NCBI GenBank assembly: GCA_050084515.1 | Contig: CM114271.1 | Coordinates: 22,196,001-22,260,000 of the forward strand | DNA: 64,000 nt | Source: Blasia pusilla | Taxonomy: Eukaryota | Reading direction: 5' to 3' | Shown here: piece after piece, positions 1-14,221 of the stretch | Numbering within the stretch: position 1 is the first letter of the stretch | Layout of the letters: every line of letters starts with the position of its first letter | Program-made: the position numbers and the translations under genes | Notes under the pieces: generated by a model | Databases searched by the model: none | What the model was told of the DNA's origin: nothing | Seen by the model: the letters and a program-made list of their open reading frames with translations, nothing else

Positions 1-34
1 AAAAAAATACAACGATCAAAGGTGATAGAATTAC

Positions 35-574
35 TCTAAGAGTTGCGGTGAGCTGATTAGGAATGCGGCTACCACCGGCGAGAGCTCGATCAGCTGACTG
101 TTGGAGAACAATGACACGATCATATAGCCTATCCACCCTATCTCGCATTTCGGGGCCAACAGCTCGATATCCCGTAATAATTACACGTTTAAGAGAATTC
201 AAATTCTCGACCAAATCAGCAATTTCCTTTACGGTGGCCTCTCTCTCCTGCGCCCGCGCGTCGACTGATCGCGGTAATCGGTACTGCGCCCTTCCATGAC
301 GCCTTCCACTCCTTCTATGACATAAAACAAATTGCCACGAGCCTCTCGAGAATCCATACTCGCCAAAAAACGCTGCCCTCGCTCGGTCCGAGCAAGAGGC
401 TGGATTATTTGAATCACCGCAAGAAGAATCACAAACCTCCGAACGAGCTCTTAATCTAATTGCTGCTAGACTGCTTCCACAGATCTCACGACCCCGAGAT
501 TCCAAGGACGCTGTGGAAATCGATTGCCAAGCGCCAGAGCTCGCCGCGCTATAAGCTCGAGGCATGGCTGCCAT
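35..574 (-). CDS. First coding exon (180 codons) of a probable plastid-targeted protein of unknown function; gene continues beyond the window start
   Basis: Manual translation from ATG at 574 is open: MAAMPRAYSAASSGAWQSISTASLES...AQEREATVKEIADLVENLNSLKRVIITGYRAVGPEMRDRVDRLYDRVIVLQQSADRALAGG...TATLR, followed by a GTAATT donor at 34. The Ser/Arg/Ala-rich N-terminus is transit-peptide-like. It is absent from the ORF track because it runs off the edge. Confidence 0.7.
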
Positions 575-929
575 TCTCTTTTCCTTCAACCCGTCGCCGT
601 ACGCTCCCGCTGCCCTGCCACGATATTCACCAGATCCGAGCCTGTGGGTTCGGAATCACCGAGCCTCCCGCTCGTCAACCCATGCGAAATAGCCCGCCAA
701 TAGGCATTCTGCTGTGGCGCAAAGGGATTGAACGTCGCTACAAACAAATGGAGCTAAATTCAAACGTTCTTCTTAAGAGCTAGATGAACGCTTAATGGAA
801 GGTGCAATGCACGAAAAATTCAAACAAATTTTACTATTAAGAGAGGTGCTTGCGCGATAAGAGAAACACATGAAAAAAACTTTTCTATAAAGAGCATAAA
901 AAATATACAAGATTTTTATTTCATAAAAA

Positions 930-3900
930 GAAATTTATACACAACATTTCGAGTGTAATTACCTTTTTCATTGGAATGTGTATCACTACCCGTATCATTA
1001 TATGAATTGAATTCTTTTCTCCTACTCTAGATGATGCAACATATAACTGCCCATGAGAAAGTACAGGTATGGGTAAAACATATTCCAACCTTTCATAAAG
1101 TTTGACCTTGTGATTTATTAATAGTCATAGCAAAAGTTGGACGGATAGGGAATTGGAATCTACGTAAATCAAAAGGCAACCATGAGTAAGAAGCAATCAA
1201 TGGAATATGCAAAATGAAAATTTGATCTCCAATGTTCTTCCATGTAATAATTTCAGCATCAATAATATGTTGCATGAATCCACGCATGATTAGCCGAGTG
1301 TCATTCGCTTGTCCTTTTGCCCAATTCATATTCCGTAAAAGCATAATTTGTGCACCAATCTTCAAACACAAACGATGTGGAGGCAATCCAGAAGGTAAGC
1401 AAGTATCAAGAACTCTGTTGGATAGATATAACTCATTCCCTCATTTGGAACAGAATCAATACTAAGATAAATATGCTCATGTATATAACACAAATTTGTT
1501 AGAAAATATATTCCCAAAAACTTAGTCTAAATTTGTTAAAGTAGACAAAATGAAGTCATTTTCGTTAAGAGTAAGAATAGTAAGAGAAAAAATTAGTACC
1601 TCTCCAGAAAATCGAGACATGACTTCCATATTTATGTCATCAATATCTCTGTTTCTTGGTGTGAGAATGGCCGTATCTCTTAAAAAGTTGATGGCATTAA
1701 ACCTTTGAAGATCATTCTCATGTATCATATGAATAAGATCATTTACATTCTTGCTATGAACAACCATGTTAAACTGCACGGATCATATCTTCTCCCAAAG
1801 AAGTGTGTAATGGCACATGACCCTCTCCAACCTCCAATAACCAATCAGCAAAAGCTTGTTAATCAAAACGCATATGCCCTTCTAAATTTTGAACTCTCAT
1901 GTTGTAGTAAGCTTCATCACCTTTATATGGGACCATAAATTAGATCTTTTTTAAGTGGCTTGGATAATTTTAGGATGATCCCCATGACGAATGATAGGTA
2001 AAACCTTTCGAAAGTCACCACAAAAAAAGGACCTTTCCCCCAAATGGCATGTCCTTGAGGTCATAAGATATCACTCCCATAATATCTTGTAAGGTACGAT
2101 TCACAGCCTCAAATGCACGATGATGAGTCATAGGTGCCTCATCCCATATAGTAAGCGTAGCCTTTTGGATCAAATGTGCTGCATCGCTATTGACAATCAT
2201 ATTGCAAGTGGAGCTTTCATCAACATTTATGGGAATCCTAAAACTTGAGCGTGATGTACGCCCTCCATCTAAGAGTAATGTTGCTATCTCAAATGATGCA
2301 ACAACTAAAGCAATACCTCCCTTACTTCTTACACTTGCAAGGAGAAGATTATATAAGAAAATCTTTCCAGTTCCACCTGGCCCATCTATGAACAACAAAT
2401 TTCTAGAAGGTATAGCATTATGCATCATTTTATGCAATTGATCATGGATAGCATCCCAAATGATCTGTTGTCCATCATTCAAAGATGCCTCTCCACTTCT
2501 AACTTGCTCACATAAGCCATTTTGATCATATAAGAGTGTCTCTTCCTCCAAAAATGTTCGTGAATGAGGGGATTCGAAGTTAGGTTGTGGCATGTCTGGA
2601 AAATTAGACAATCGCTTTCGAAGATCTTGCATATGATAATGTACTTCCAATAATGCAATGTTAATGGTAGGAGATTCAGGTGGGAGATTAGGAATTCATG
2701 TTTTCTGCAAGAGCAACCAATATATATGAAATAATCAAAGCTTACCTCACGTCGTTCATATAATATATCATCTATGAGTGGAGCCAAAAATTGACTCCAT
2801 AGTACATGAGGTCTAGCATGTGTATTATAAGCTAGAATGATGGCAAATAATTGGCGAAGTGAGGGACCGATGCGAATCTCTGAAGCTTCTTGTAAGCAAG
2901 AGAAGGCTTCATTATCATCCTCAAGAAAGTCCCAATTGAATAGAAGCTTCCTTAAAAGTTGGATATACGACTCCATGTACAGTTCTCAAGTGTTCATAGG
3001 AAGTTGCACCTCGAACATGATGAAGAAGTAATCGCAGCCAACGAAGTTCTCCATCACCTGTAGAAACTTATGTAATTGGTAATATCATTTAGTATTATCA
3101 AAAAATCACTCATTTCCTAATATGAATATTTATAAAGTGAGATAAGAAATTCACTTTCATTATAACATAAGCACAATACGACATGTAGTGTTTACTTGGA
3201 TGAGTAAGGTATAAACGTCCAATAGGTTGACCGCACCCATTTCTTTTTCGTATTCTACGAACCGATTCTCTTTTACTCCAATGATAATATAAAGGGAACT
3301 CAAGATATAAATACTCTCAAACCTTTTGATCAAGTTGATTAGTAACAAACCATTGAGCTAAGGGGGTGTCCCTATTTCTTTGTAAAATATTCTCAGGCAT
3401 ATCAGAATCATTGAAGTAAACCGTTTGTGCCTCGGGTAGATGAACAGCCAATCTCATAACACCTGGTTGGTCGGCATGCAAATTAAACTTGAAAAGTTGC
3501 CAACATGCCTCTGAAGAAGAGATATATCTACATACAATTTCATGATTAATTACTTTATAGACTTTGATGTATATCATGTCATTAAAAAAAAAGTCAATTA
3601 GAATGGGAAAGATAATCAAATTGTGTTAAGGGTACCTAGCATCGAGATATTGGTCAGTCTCATCAATGATCTCCATTGTCATGGAGGTATCCATATCTTT
3701 TGAGACCTTAAATGATACAATATGAGATTCCTGATATACGTATTTATATAAGTATTTCACCGTAGAAATATTTTTTGTGATCTCCAAATTAATATGATAA
3801 TCAAAGAGGGTACATAATGAAGGATTATAAGGCACAACCCATCGATTATCCAAGCACTTGATGCACTTCATTGCCTTCTTTCCATCGTCCAATCTAGAGT

Positions 3901-5920
3901 ATGTAACAAAGAACACAATATTAGAAGAGATGAAAGACATACGTAGGATTTACAACCAAAAAAAAGAGAATTTCATATACTTATGGAAACTCATTTTCAT
4001 AGCAAACTAAGAAATTAATAGTTGAAGTACCTTCGATAGATTGGGTAACCATCTTCAATCTCCGAAGTCACATCCGCAAAAGCCTTGGAATACCATTTAA
4101 TACATTTTTTGTTTCCCTATCCATGCAAGGAGCATTTGGATTTAATTATCCGCATGGACCATGAATCATACAATTAGCCATATTAGAATAGAGTCTTGGA
4201 TGCGTGATCAGATTTGGAAGTTCAGCTACAATAATATCATCATAATTAGAAGTGGTATGTGGCTTGTCCCCATGTCAGAGAATAATCAAGACATTGACAT
4301 GAGGTAAGCCTCTTTTTTGAAACTCCACCACATGAATGCATCCCAAAACTCGTCCCAAAATATGCTTCTTCATAATGAATCGTATTAACTCCCTCTTTTT
4401 TTTCTCAAAAACTCTCACAACCAAATCGGGTCGATCTACAACAGTTTGGCCGCGTATAATGCTAACATAATCTCTTCCCACTTAGAATTGTATATCATGG
4501 TCAAAAACAAATCCGGTTTTCCAAAATGCTTCACAATAGCCATGCATCTTGATAAAGTTGATGCATATGACGTGGCCCCCCACTAAAAGAAGAAGGCAAA
4601 ATAATGAGTCTCCCAAACCTTGCCCCATCCATATCGTGTTGATGTAAGGCGTTTTTTACATCTTGATACAATTCAACTCGTAACTCTTTTTGATTTAATT
4701 GAACCCAACATCAACTTTGCATCTCTATAGTTGCATAGAGTTAAACCATGTACTCTTGAGTAAGGTGACCAAATCGAAGTAATCGATTATCATCTTCACC
4801 TCCAAGTCGTGTATGTAGTCGAAAAGAGGCAAATTGCAAGGCTGTTATACACTTTTGATTCCTTATGAAGGTCTCCTCATTTATCTCTCCATCAACTCTA
4901 TCCTCCTCCACTGAGTCATTAGAACATTGTTCATCTCCACCATGCACTATATTATCCCTCGCAGCGGTACTGGTTGTAGTTTCGAGAAAACCCCCAAATG
5001 GTATTCCAGGATGCCATCCAACTTCACCATAAACAAACGACAAGAAAAAGTGTAGCGTAACATATGCTTCATTTAGGTCTAATATACGTCTTGTCCCCCC
5101 TCCATGTAATTGCACAATAATATCACCGCGATCAACACAATCAATTCCATCAATTGGAAAAAATTGGTACAATTTCTGAAGCCAATGGTAACTTGTAACG
5201 TTTTGCCTTAAGACCACCCTTACTTGCCTTTAGGATGATGCACACATTCCGATCACTTGCCGTACTTGCAATGTTACGAAATACTTTAACATAGGGATTA
5301 TGCTCATATAATATCTCTTGTAGCCCTTGTAGGATGTCAAGTCGGAGATCATATGACATAACTATTCCTCGATGCTCCAACTCATTCTCAGTATCATGAA
5401 TGTAGATTTGAGCAAATCTATGATAATCCCCTTCCTCAGGATGTAGTCCTCCAATAGTATGGTACATGCCACCTTGAACCCTAAAGTGTCCGATACCACC
5501 AATTTGCTCTGCCACATGAGCTCCGGTAGAAGCTAATTGCAATGCAGAATTATAAGCCCGAGCATGGGAAAGAAAATGACCACTTTGAGCATCAATACCT
5601 GAAATTAATAATTGCAAGAATGGAGGAGTATTTTTCAAGAGAGGAAGTTGTACTCTTCCATATTCGCAACACATGCCAAAAGGAGAGTTGTGACATCTTG
5701 TCGCTGTCACCTTCTCACATTTCCAATGGAGAGCATGGCACGAAGAACATATTTCAGTCATATTCCCAATATTAAGACGGCCCGTTGTTTGGCTTACAAT
5801 TGATGGAATTCCAAGCTTTTTGACGTCACTTTCTTGGAAGTTTGTAGTCCGTGCAATATTAAGTAACTTTTTGACTCTCACAATCCTCCCAATATTAGTT
5901 GATGTCTGCAAATTTGTCAA
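930..5920 (-). pseudogene. Helitron RepHel (HUH Rep + PIF1 helicase), broken by many frameshifts and stops
   Basis: ORF pieces in the expected order: Cys-rich N-terminus (CSSCHALHW...CC), RPDLVVRVF / VEFQKRGLPH Rep motif, VKYLYKYVY, RYISSSEACW, Walker A GPGGTGK, IWDEAPM, ILTPRN, FAMTINKSQGQTL. Confidence 0.93.
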
Positions 5921-6464
5921 AATAGGAGCATAAGTCCATTCGCTAATGGGTTATCCACTCCATTAAGCATAGAAGGTACGTCCTCAATTCTTGATGGAAG
6001 TGTGGGAGCATCAAATACAACTTCATCTCCTTGATCTCTAGGTAATAGTATCTCCTCTTCAATACTTATGATGTTAGGGACCTCAACCCCATTCCCTCCA
6101 ATATGCAATTCCTCAACCAAAGCAGGCATGGGAGTAGATATGTCAAAAATAGGAACTCTGATATTATTCTCCTCAGTCCTGCATCTACAATGGAATTTGT
6201 AAGTACGACTTAAAGAAATACTTGCAATCAAAAAATCCTAAAGCAAGTTCATAAGGCATTCATATAAGGTTGTATACCTTGGAATATCTTGAATCGGGGT
6301 CTCCACCACAACAATATTTCTATCATCTTCAATTCCTCCAATAATATAAGAAGATCCTACATAATGTTGAAGGGCACACCTTCTTCTTTTATGTTCTCTT
6401 TAGTAGACCCTTCTTTTTTCCTTTCGAAGAGCGTCATTTTGTATACGAATGACACGTTTTCTCT

Positions 6465-7085
6465 TTTGTGGCTCGCCTCGCAACACTTTTTAGATTTCAC
6501 GTATATCTGTAGGATTTTATGGAATGGGAAGTCTGCAAGAAGAGAATTCAAGGTATTATTAAGTTATTACTTTGGACTTACCATAATCTCACAAAAGAAT
6601 GGCCATAGAGAGAAATGAAAGCAAACTTTGATATGTTGAATATATGAGCATACGTCGACGTATCATGAATTTCTCGAAGATTAATTGTTTCAGTTTGCCT
6701 TGCTAATTTTTCTACACGAAGAGCTCACTTCCGTCTTTGTGCCTCGCCACGCAACACTTTCCGAAAATCACATACATCTGTTGGATTCAATGGAATAGGA
6801 AGTCTGCAAGAAATGGTTTCATCCAAGTAAGTTAATAACTTTGTACTTATCACAATCTTCGAAAAAGGTGGCCATAGAGTGAAATAAAGAAAATTTTGAT
6901 ATGTTGAAGATATGACCATACCTTGGTATATCATGAATTTCTTCAAGATGAATTGTTTGAGTTTTCCCTTCTAAGTTTTCCTTGCGAAGAGCACGTTTTC
7001 GCCTTTGTGCCTCACCACGCAACACTTTTCGGAAGTCATGTATATCTGTAGGATTCGACGGAATAGAAAGTCTGCAAGAAATGAG
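6465..7085 (-). repeat. Tandem triplication of a ~270-bp exon+intron unit inside the Helitron
   Basis: TTTGTGxCTCxCCxCGCAACACTTT...GGAATxGxAAGTCTGCAAGAA recurs at ~6466, ~6737 and ~7004. Each copy has a CTTGCAG acceptor on the - strand. Confidence 0.8.
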
Positions 7086-10000
7086 TTTATAAAAACCATG
7101 TCATATCATGTTAAAGGTAGGTAGAAAAATTCAAGTACAATTTGAAGTGCAAATTTCTCTATCTCTCACATGCAGGGTAAATATAACGTGACCTTACGTT
7201 GGAGATATTCGAATCCGTAAAGGATCTTGTTTGTTTCTTGTCGAAGATGAAAGTGAAAAATTTGTGATGTCTTGAAGTGACCTGTCCTCCATCCCTAGTC
7301 CCTAGAATAATTTCCTTATATCTTTTTTTCTCTATAGAAAACACATAAAAATAAATAGAAAATATTAAGTAAACATTCAAAATAAATCAGTTCGGAATGA
7401 AAATGAGAAAAAATACTTGAAATTATTATTGAATAAAGAGTGACATGAAATCTATGAGCAAAACATAAAAAAATTGAGCATGGAGAGTGCGTTGCACGGG
7501 TAGAAATGTGGAGAGTAGTTGTAGTAATATTTGAGGAAGGTGACATTTAAGGTATATCACGACGCTTACTTGGATCACCAACCAACTACCGATGCAACCT
7601 ATCTCTATCATGAAGCATCCCATGCACTGCCAATGTGAAATTCAAGAAAACACGACTATCAATGCTTTTGACGCATCGATGGATGCAATTCAGGAGCATC
7701 ATATTCCATCCCAAGCTATTGGCCCCGCGTACGTCCAACTACTTTTATGGGACGAAGGCACTTAACATGCCATTTCACTTTCAAGAACAGAAGAAGACCG
7801 ATGGATGATGACCATAAGTCATCTTCGAGTCACCAAATATGAATTTTTTTTCCTCTTCCCACCCTTTGTTTTTCCTCCTTCACGTGGTTCGAATCTGTTG
7901 AGATCTAGTTGTTCATATCTATGAAGATCTGGCCAGATTACGCCGTTGAATTTAGCGCTACCTTTAATGGATCCTAACTTTGGTCCATTGTCTCCCAAAC
8001 CCCGCAACCCCGATCTATCCCGCCCACACTTTCGCTTTGGGGCATGCCTCTCAACCCGTGCTCCTCCGAATTTTGAGTCTCTCGTACCATGCGTTGCTTC
8101 TCCCTTTTCGTCACCTCTCACCATGCGTTCTTGGTCTCAGAGATTTGCGTCCTCTCTCACCCAAGCACACTCGACTGAGGGCTTTACGTAGTCTCTCACC
8201 TGAACTCACTCGGCTCCCGGCTTTGCATCAATCGATCAACTCTCTCAACCTGCGGTGTTTTTTTTCCCACTTACAATTTTTGCTCTTCCGCTTTTAGCTC
8301 CAGCATTTGCGTGTTCGTTTCCTTCAAGGCGCTTAGGTGAGCAAGGAGCAAAGTGGCCATGAGTCCGAGCTGAAGAGCTCCATCTCTCAAACACTTTGGC
8401 TTTGCGGCGTGCTGAAGAGCTCCATCTCTTCTATAGGCTTGATTGAGCACAATCTTGCGCTTTTTACATGCTTGATCGAGGACCACCTTGCACATTTAGT
8501 GGCAATAATCTCTTATCTGTAGGGACATGCCATGTAGATTGACTCCACTCCCCACCCTGTGCACCTCCCGTATTTGCATCCTCTCTCACCTTGTGCTACT
8601 CGCCGTCCGGATTTGGCTTGTCTCCTATCATGGGTTCCCTAGTTCACGGGAATACCTTACTGTTTTTCACTTGTGTTTCATTTAAGGTCTAAGGTCTAGC
8701 ATAATAGAGGAGAGTGAGGAATACACTACTTCTTAAGAAGCTCTATGCATGTGTGTGAAGCCTTGTCACGTGGCATCATTGGAGACCTTTAAAAATTAAG
8801 GATGGAGACCTTCACAATTAAGGAACCTAAACCGATGATAGTATAATTAATTTCAAACCCTAAAAGTTACTTTGTGTAAAATTTAAGTACAAAATGCTTA
8901 TGATTATGGATGAAATGCAAAATTTAGCGATGGAAATAGATATGAAGATTATTGATGATGGAACAAGGATCCAAAGTTGGGAGAGAGAAAAATAAAGAGG
9001 AGAAATCTAAGGTTTGGGAAAGAACAACACCCACTAAAAAATGGTGATAGATTATGAAAATGGTAAATTCCTCCACAAGAAAACAGAAATGAAAGTCCCA
9101 CAAATGGAAATAAAAAACCTCCAAGAAATTATGATGCTTCAAAAATTATCAAATGGATATTTCAACCCTAATCCACAAGAGAATCCACAATATTCCATTT
9201 TTCCCAAATATAGTCATTATTCATACCAACAAGCCTTCCCTAACTATTTCCCTACACATTTATCCATCCTCACCTCTACTTGAGACGAGAGTTAATTTGT
9301 TGTTAGGTTAAATCCTATTTTGCAATCATATAAAACTAATAGGATTTTCAATATTATCATACAAGATGATGTGATATAGTGGGGACAACCTCCCTAGTAA
9401 AATAGTAGGTATAGGGTTAGAATCCTCTCCAATATATATAACATTCACTAACTACATTCTTAGTTAATTTTAGTTAATGAAGGCATTTCTCTTTTCTATT
9501 AAAATTCATTTTCCTTTCACAAAATATCACATGTGAGTTAACATGATTATTTTAAAAAATAGCCATAAATTTATTTCAAAATTTAAATATAATTTACATT
9601 TTCTTAAATCTTAGAAGATTTCTAAAATTCCACTATTCTAAGTAAATCCACTCTTCAATTAAAATTTAAATGATATGCCAATCCTTAAATAAATCCATCC
9701 TTCAATAAAATTTAAACATCTACTCCTTCTTCATTAAAATTCATTTTCCCTTCCCATCAAATACGAGTTAAGAAAAACATGGTAACTTTTAGTTATTTTT
9801 TATAATTATCTCATCTTCTTATCACTTAGTATCACCTATTAAAATAAAATTAATTAAAAAATTAATTAATTAAAAAAAGTAATTTTCGTCTTCCATTCAA
9901 ATTTGTGATTCAAGAAACAAATCAAACATGTTACTAGTTTGTCTTATTGTACTTGTAGGGCTGCCCATTATAATATAGATAGATAATTCGATATTTTCAA

Positions 10001-13000
10001 CCCTTTTTTTACTCTCCTCGTGCTAACATAAGGAGGAATATTTTGATGGAGGTCTCTATCCAATCAATTGAGTTTAGGGATTTTCAGATCTTGACACATC
10101 ACACAAATTTAATATCGATGATACGCAAGATCTAGTCAAGGAAGAAATAAACTTGATTCTCATGGTTTTCTTACCACATGTATATATGATGTATATTAAA
10201 ATAGAAACTTATCTTGATTTGCCAAATGATGAATATCTAACACTGTAAATTTCTTCTTTGAAGTAGTTGACTAATCCTTCCATGAATGCCTAAGGAGTAT
10301 AGTGGTTTTGCATATTTTGTGCATTATGCAAGTTTCAAATAAGTATATTCTTCTGGTGGAAGTCTTTTTATAAAGAATAGTTCACACATATCTTTATAAA
10401 AAAAAGTAATGTTTAGACAACACTTTTATAACTGAAAATTTTTAATTTAAATATTTTAATATAGAAAATTTGCAAACAAATAATTATAAGAAGTAAATGC
10501 ATCACACAAGAAATTTGGTAGTCTTTTGGATAAAAAGATAGCAAAAGCAAGGAAGGAACGATCCCTTAAACGTAATAAAATCACAAAGAGTAAATGGAAT
10601 AAAATTTTTATTTCAAATTTTTTTATGAGCAAACTTGATTATCATCATAAAATCATGAATAGTTTGTGATACAACCACAAACCAAATATGAAGACCATTA
10701 AGATTAGTCTCTCCAATTCTATACTTTTAGTATTCCATTTTAACATAGTAATATTCCTCTTGCTTCATCTACACTAGTAAGCAAAAATGCATATACCACT
10801 ACAAGCAAAATAAGTCAATAGAGATAAGAATTTAGGGTCCACATGACATACACACATGTTGAGCTCCACATTCGAATGATTTTGGGAGTTACAAGCTTAA
10901 GAGGTCACTTGCTCTTGGATTTGCAAATCCCTCCTTTTAAGACTCTGCCCCAAATTTTTTAGTGTGCATAGTATGGGCATACCGCCTAATATTGGAGAAA
11001 AAGCGCTTAAATACAACATTTGCTAAAAATTTCCATTAAAAAAATCCTACATTTTATCATTACTCCTTTTTTTTTTTTATTAGAAAGATGTCAAAGATAT
11101 AAGTAAATCATTTCCAATAAATAGGAATCAATACTTAAGTGCATATATGATTTGTACCCATTGAGTTGGGGTATGTGGGGAAGAAGATGAAAAATGATTT
11201 TCATCTTCATCCTAAGGGACCACGGATCTTATTATCATTTTCCCTTTGCAGGTTTTTCCATATATTCATTTCCCTTATTACTTCTCATAAATAAAAATGA
11301 ATAAGTGGGATAATTTTTAATATAAATTTCAAGAAGTTTTTTCCCATGTTGGAAATCAAATTTGAAAACCACTTGAATACTTCTAAAATGATAGTTGTCA
11401 TTTTTCAAAAGGTTTCACACTTACCTCATAAAGTATGAAAATTTGATAAGAATTAAGCCTTTAACTATGTCAAAGTTATGAAATCTAACATGAAATGTGC
11501 TATGCATCGAGCTAACAAGCATGCTAGCAAAATGAAAAAGAGTATTCTTGTTGCCTACATCATATAAAACAAATTTTTGTTACCTTGGTGCCATGTATCA
11601 GGCAAAGAGGCTCCTTGAAAATCAGGAAGCTATTTATGCGAGATTTTTGGTTAGTACATGTCACATATTAATAATGTTATGTGCTTGGTTTCCAAAATGA
11701 TTCATAAAATGTGGTGTTTTTTTCCTCAAAGGAGGGAACCAGCGTTTGGCCCTTTGAGGAGGGGGGGTGGTGTGAGGGGAGGGAAGGTTTGGGGGGTTGT
11801 TTTGGGATTAATTATTAAACATGTGGATACACTAGATGGAGAGAAATAAAAACAGCAAGTGCTTGTAGGAGCAATAAAGACAGAAATAAGGGAAAGAAAT
11901 AAGGAAAAAATTGCTTTAATAAATAAGGGCTCCATAAGAAAAAAACTTCCCTAACGATTATATTTTCAATAAATGAGGGGAAGAGCAAGGGGAAAAAAAT
12001 CAATTTTCCAGAAGGGAAGACTTAAAAAAGAATCAAATAGTGTTTTTTTTTTATAGGAGATAGGAGAGGAGGAGTTAAGGTTTAATTTTGATTATGGGAA
12101 GCAAAGGAAGGATCTTAATTCTAAATAGAGGAGGTTTTTTTCCAGAAATGTTTTAATTTTTTATTTATGTGAGTGAATGAAACATGAGAATTCATCTTTC
12201 AATTGCAATACAAAAGGGGAAAAGAAAAATGGAGGGTTTCACAAAGAGTACTTAAAGGGAGGGAATGGGAGAAAGAACTAAATTTTTCAACAATGAAGAC
12301 TTCAAAAATAAATTCTTTTCAATATTAAGTTTTGAGAGGAAAGGAGAGGAGAGGAGAGACAATGCATAAAACATCAATATCGTAGGTAGATGAAACTAGT
12401 AATTTGTTGATTGTGCCATGTTTATTGTGTCATATAGATGGACATGAAATGATCCAACATATGTAGAATAATATTATGAAGCTATTGGACAAACATTGAA
12501 TTTCTACAGTTTGACATCCAAGAAGATGACATAAAATAGTTAAGATAGATTCTAGTTTGAATGTTAGTGATAATTGAAAGAAATCGTATCTTTTACCTTA
12601 TTAGTTGGGGAGAAACAAATTTATTGATTCCTTTTCCAACCCCATCTCTCAATTAGGAGAATATCGGTCATTTCCATATTTTTTTTCAAAATTACAGTTG
12701 AAAATTTCTTCCCCACAAAGTTTGAAAATCAAACATAATTTAGAAAATGAAATCACTTTCATCATTTTGAAGAATAATTCTTGTCCCATCCTTATTTTCT
12801 TTCAATTTTCTCAAAATATTATTTAATTTCCCTCCACATTAAATTATAGAATTAAAAAATTTAATTATTTTTTCATAAACCTTTAAAGAAATAATTTTAT
12901 TTTAAAATGGGAAAAGATAATGAACCTAAGAGACTTAGGAATATTTTCTGAGAATATGTATCCTCATGGTATATCGACCACTTCTTTCATGATAATATAG

Positions 13001-13350
13001 ACGTTAACTAGTCCTCCTTTGATAGGATGGATTTTTTAGGGAATATGAAATTATCTTAACAAGGATTTTTCTTACAACAAGCTTGCTAATGGTTGGTCTC
13101 CTCGTGATGAAATGATTCCCTGTTTAGTGGAAGAAATATGGACAATTATGTTATCCGAAACAAAAAAACTTGAATTTATATAATTATTGGAGAGTGCCCT
13201 TTTATTTTGCAAACTCATCTCCTTTCGACACTTGGCATTTTTAGCCAATAGAATCGCTCCCCTTATGAACCAATGGGAATACTCTGTTTGTGAACCATTA
13301 GTATCATCATGTGTATTATTAGTGGAGAGTGCCTTTTTTATTTGCAAACA

Positions 13351-13949
13351 TGTCACATCTTATTTGGACGTAGGTAGAGTTCTATCGTGTCGACGACATA
13401 GTGAGTCAGCGGGTTGTTTGGGTGTAACTTCATCCAGAGATGTCGGATGAGGTTGGTGACACGTCTGTTGTGTCGGGAACGTAGTTTAAGGTGATTTCCC
13501 TACTTTGGTTTTAGTCCGTCAGGTGACATCACCGTTGACCGAGTCAACGGATCCCGTGATAGACTAAAACCATAGATTAACGTTGGGAAGGCTATTTTTG
13601 GGGGTAAGAGTGAGAGAGATCCACACAAGCCATCTTTCTCATGTTGAGCCTTAGGAGCGCCTCTCTTGCATAGATGTCTGTGGGTGTGTAGGAGTTAGGG
13701 TGGTAGCGTCCGGATTCCCTCATAGCAGAGGGTGGATGTGGTTCGATAAACCGGTGTAGATTCATGAGTGGATTTTTAGGCCGGGTTAGCCATTTTTATT
13801 ACTCTTGATTTTGTTGTGGGGTCCCAGAGTATGTGCGTGAGTGTATTTCGTTTATGTGTGGATCTACCCGTATGTTGGGGAATATCGATGTTGTGTGGTG
13901 TGTAGATGTGACCAGCGATGTGGGTTGTGCAATGTGTATGCACACGACA
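13351..13949. mobile_element. Probable solo LTR (599 bp) nested in a family-A repeat
   Basis: Termini TGTC...GACA. It interrupts the host string TTTGCAAACA|CCTCTTTGC, which is intact in the 14024 copy. Flanks AACA/AATA give a 4-bp TSD with one mismatch. Confidence 0.65.
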
Positions 13950-14129
13950 AATACCTCTTTGCTTCACATGTGATGATCGGGCAGAAAAAAATGTTTTCTC
14001 TTCTACGGGAAACAAGAAAAATATGTATATTACTATTGGAGAGTGCCTTTTTGATTTGCAAACACCTCTTTGCTCAACATGTGATAAACAGGCACCAAGA
14101 AAATGTTTCTTCTTCTATGAGCAGCAAGA

Positions 14130-14221
14130 AAAATATTTTGTGTGCAACATGATTAGTCCCTTCACACCTGTGTCATGCACGGGAGTGAAGGGACTAATCA
14201 TGCTGGACACAAAATAATTTT
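14130..14221. repeat. Long hairpin (about 36-bp arms, 19-nt loop)
   Basis: CATGATTAGTCCCTTCAC...GTGAAGGGACTAATCATG is an 18-bp perfect stem and extends with few mismatches to AAAATATTTTGTGT / ACACAAAATAATTTT. Confidence 0.85.

Larger units (their letters stand above)
780..9979 (-). mobile_element. Degenerate autonomous-type Helitron
   Basis: Contains RepHel fragments. Candidate 5' end A|TCTATATTATAATGG at 9979 (- strand). Candidate 3' end is a GTGCA-T-TGCAC hairpin (~802-812) plus CTAG at 780-783, followed by C rather than the canonical T. Boundaries are less certain than the identity. Confidence 0.75.

Noticed and set aside
229-432. Track ORF 229-432 as the gene
   Set aside because: A different - strand frame (574-35) is longer, starts with ATG and ends at a splice donor.
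7487-7520. GTGC-GTT-GCACGGG as a Helitron 3' hairpin
   Set aside because: The stem is incomplete and no CTRR follows at the right distance; at most a decayed internal end.
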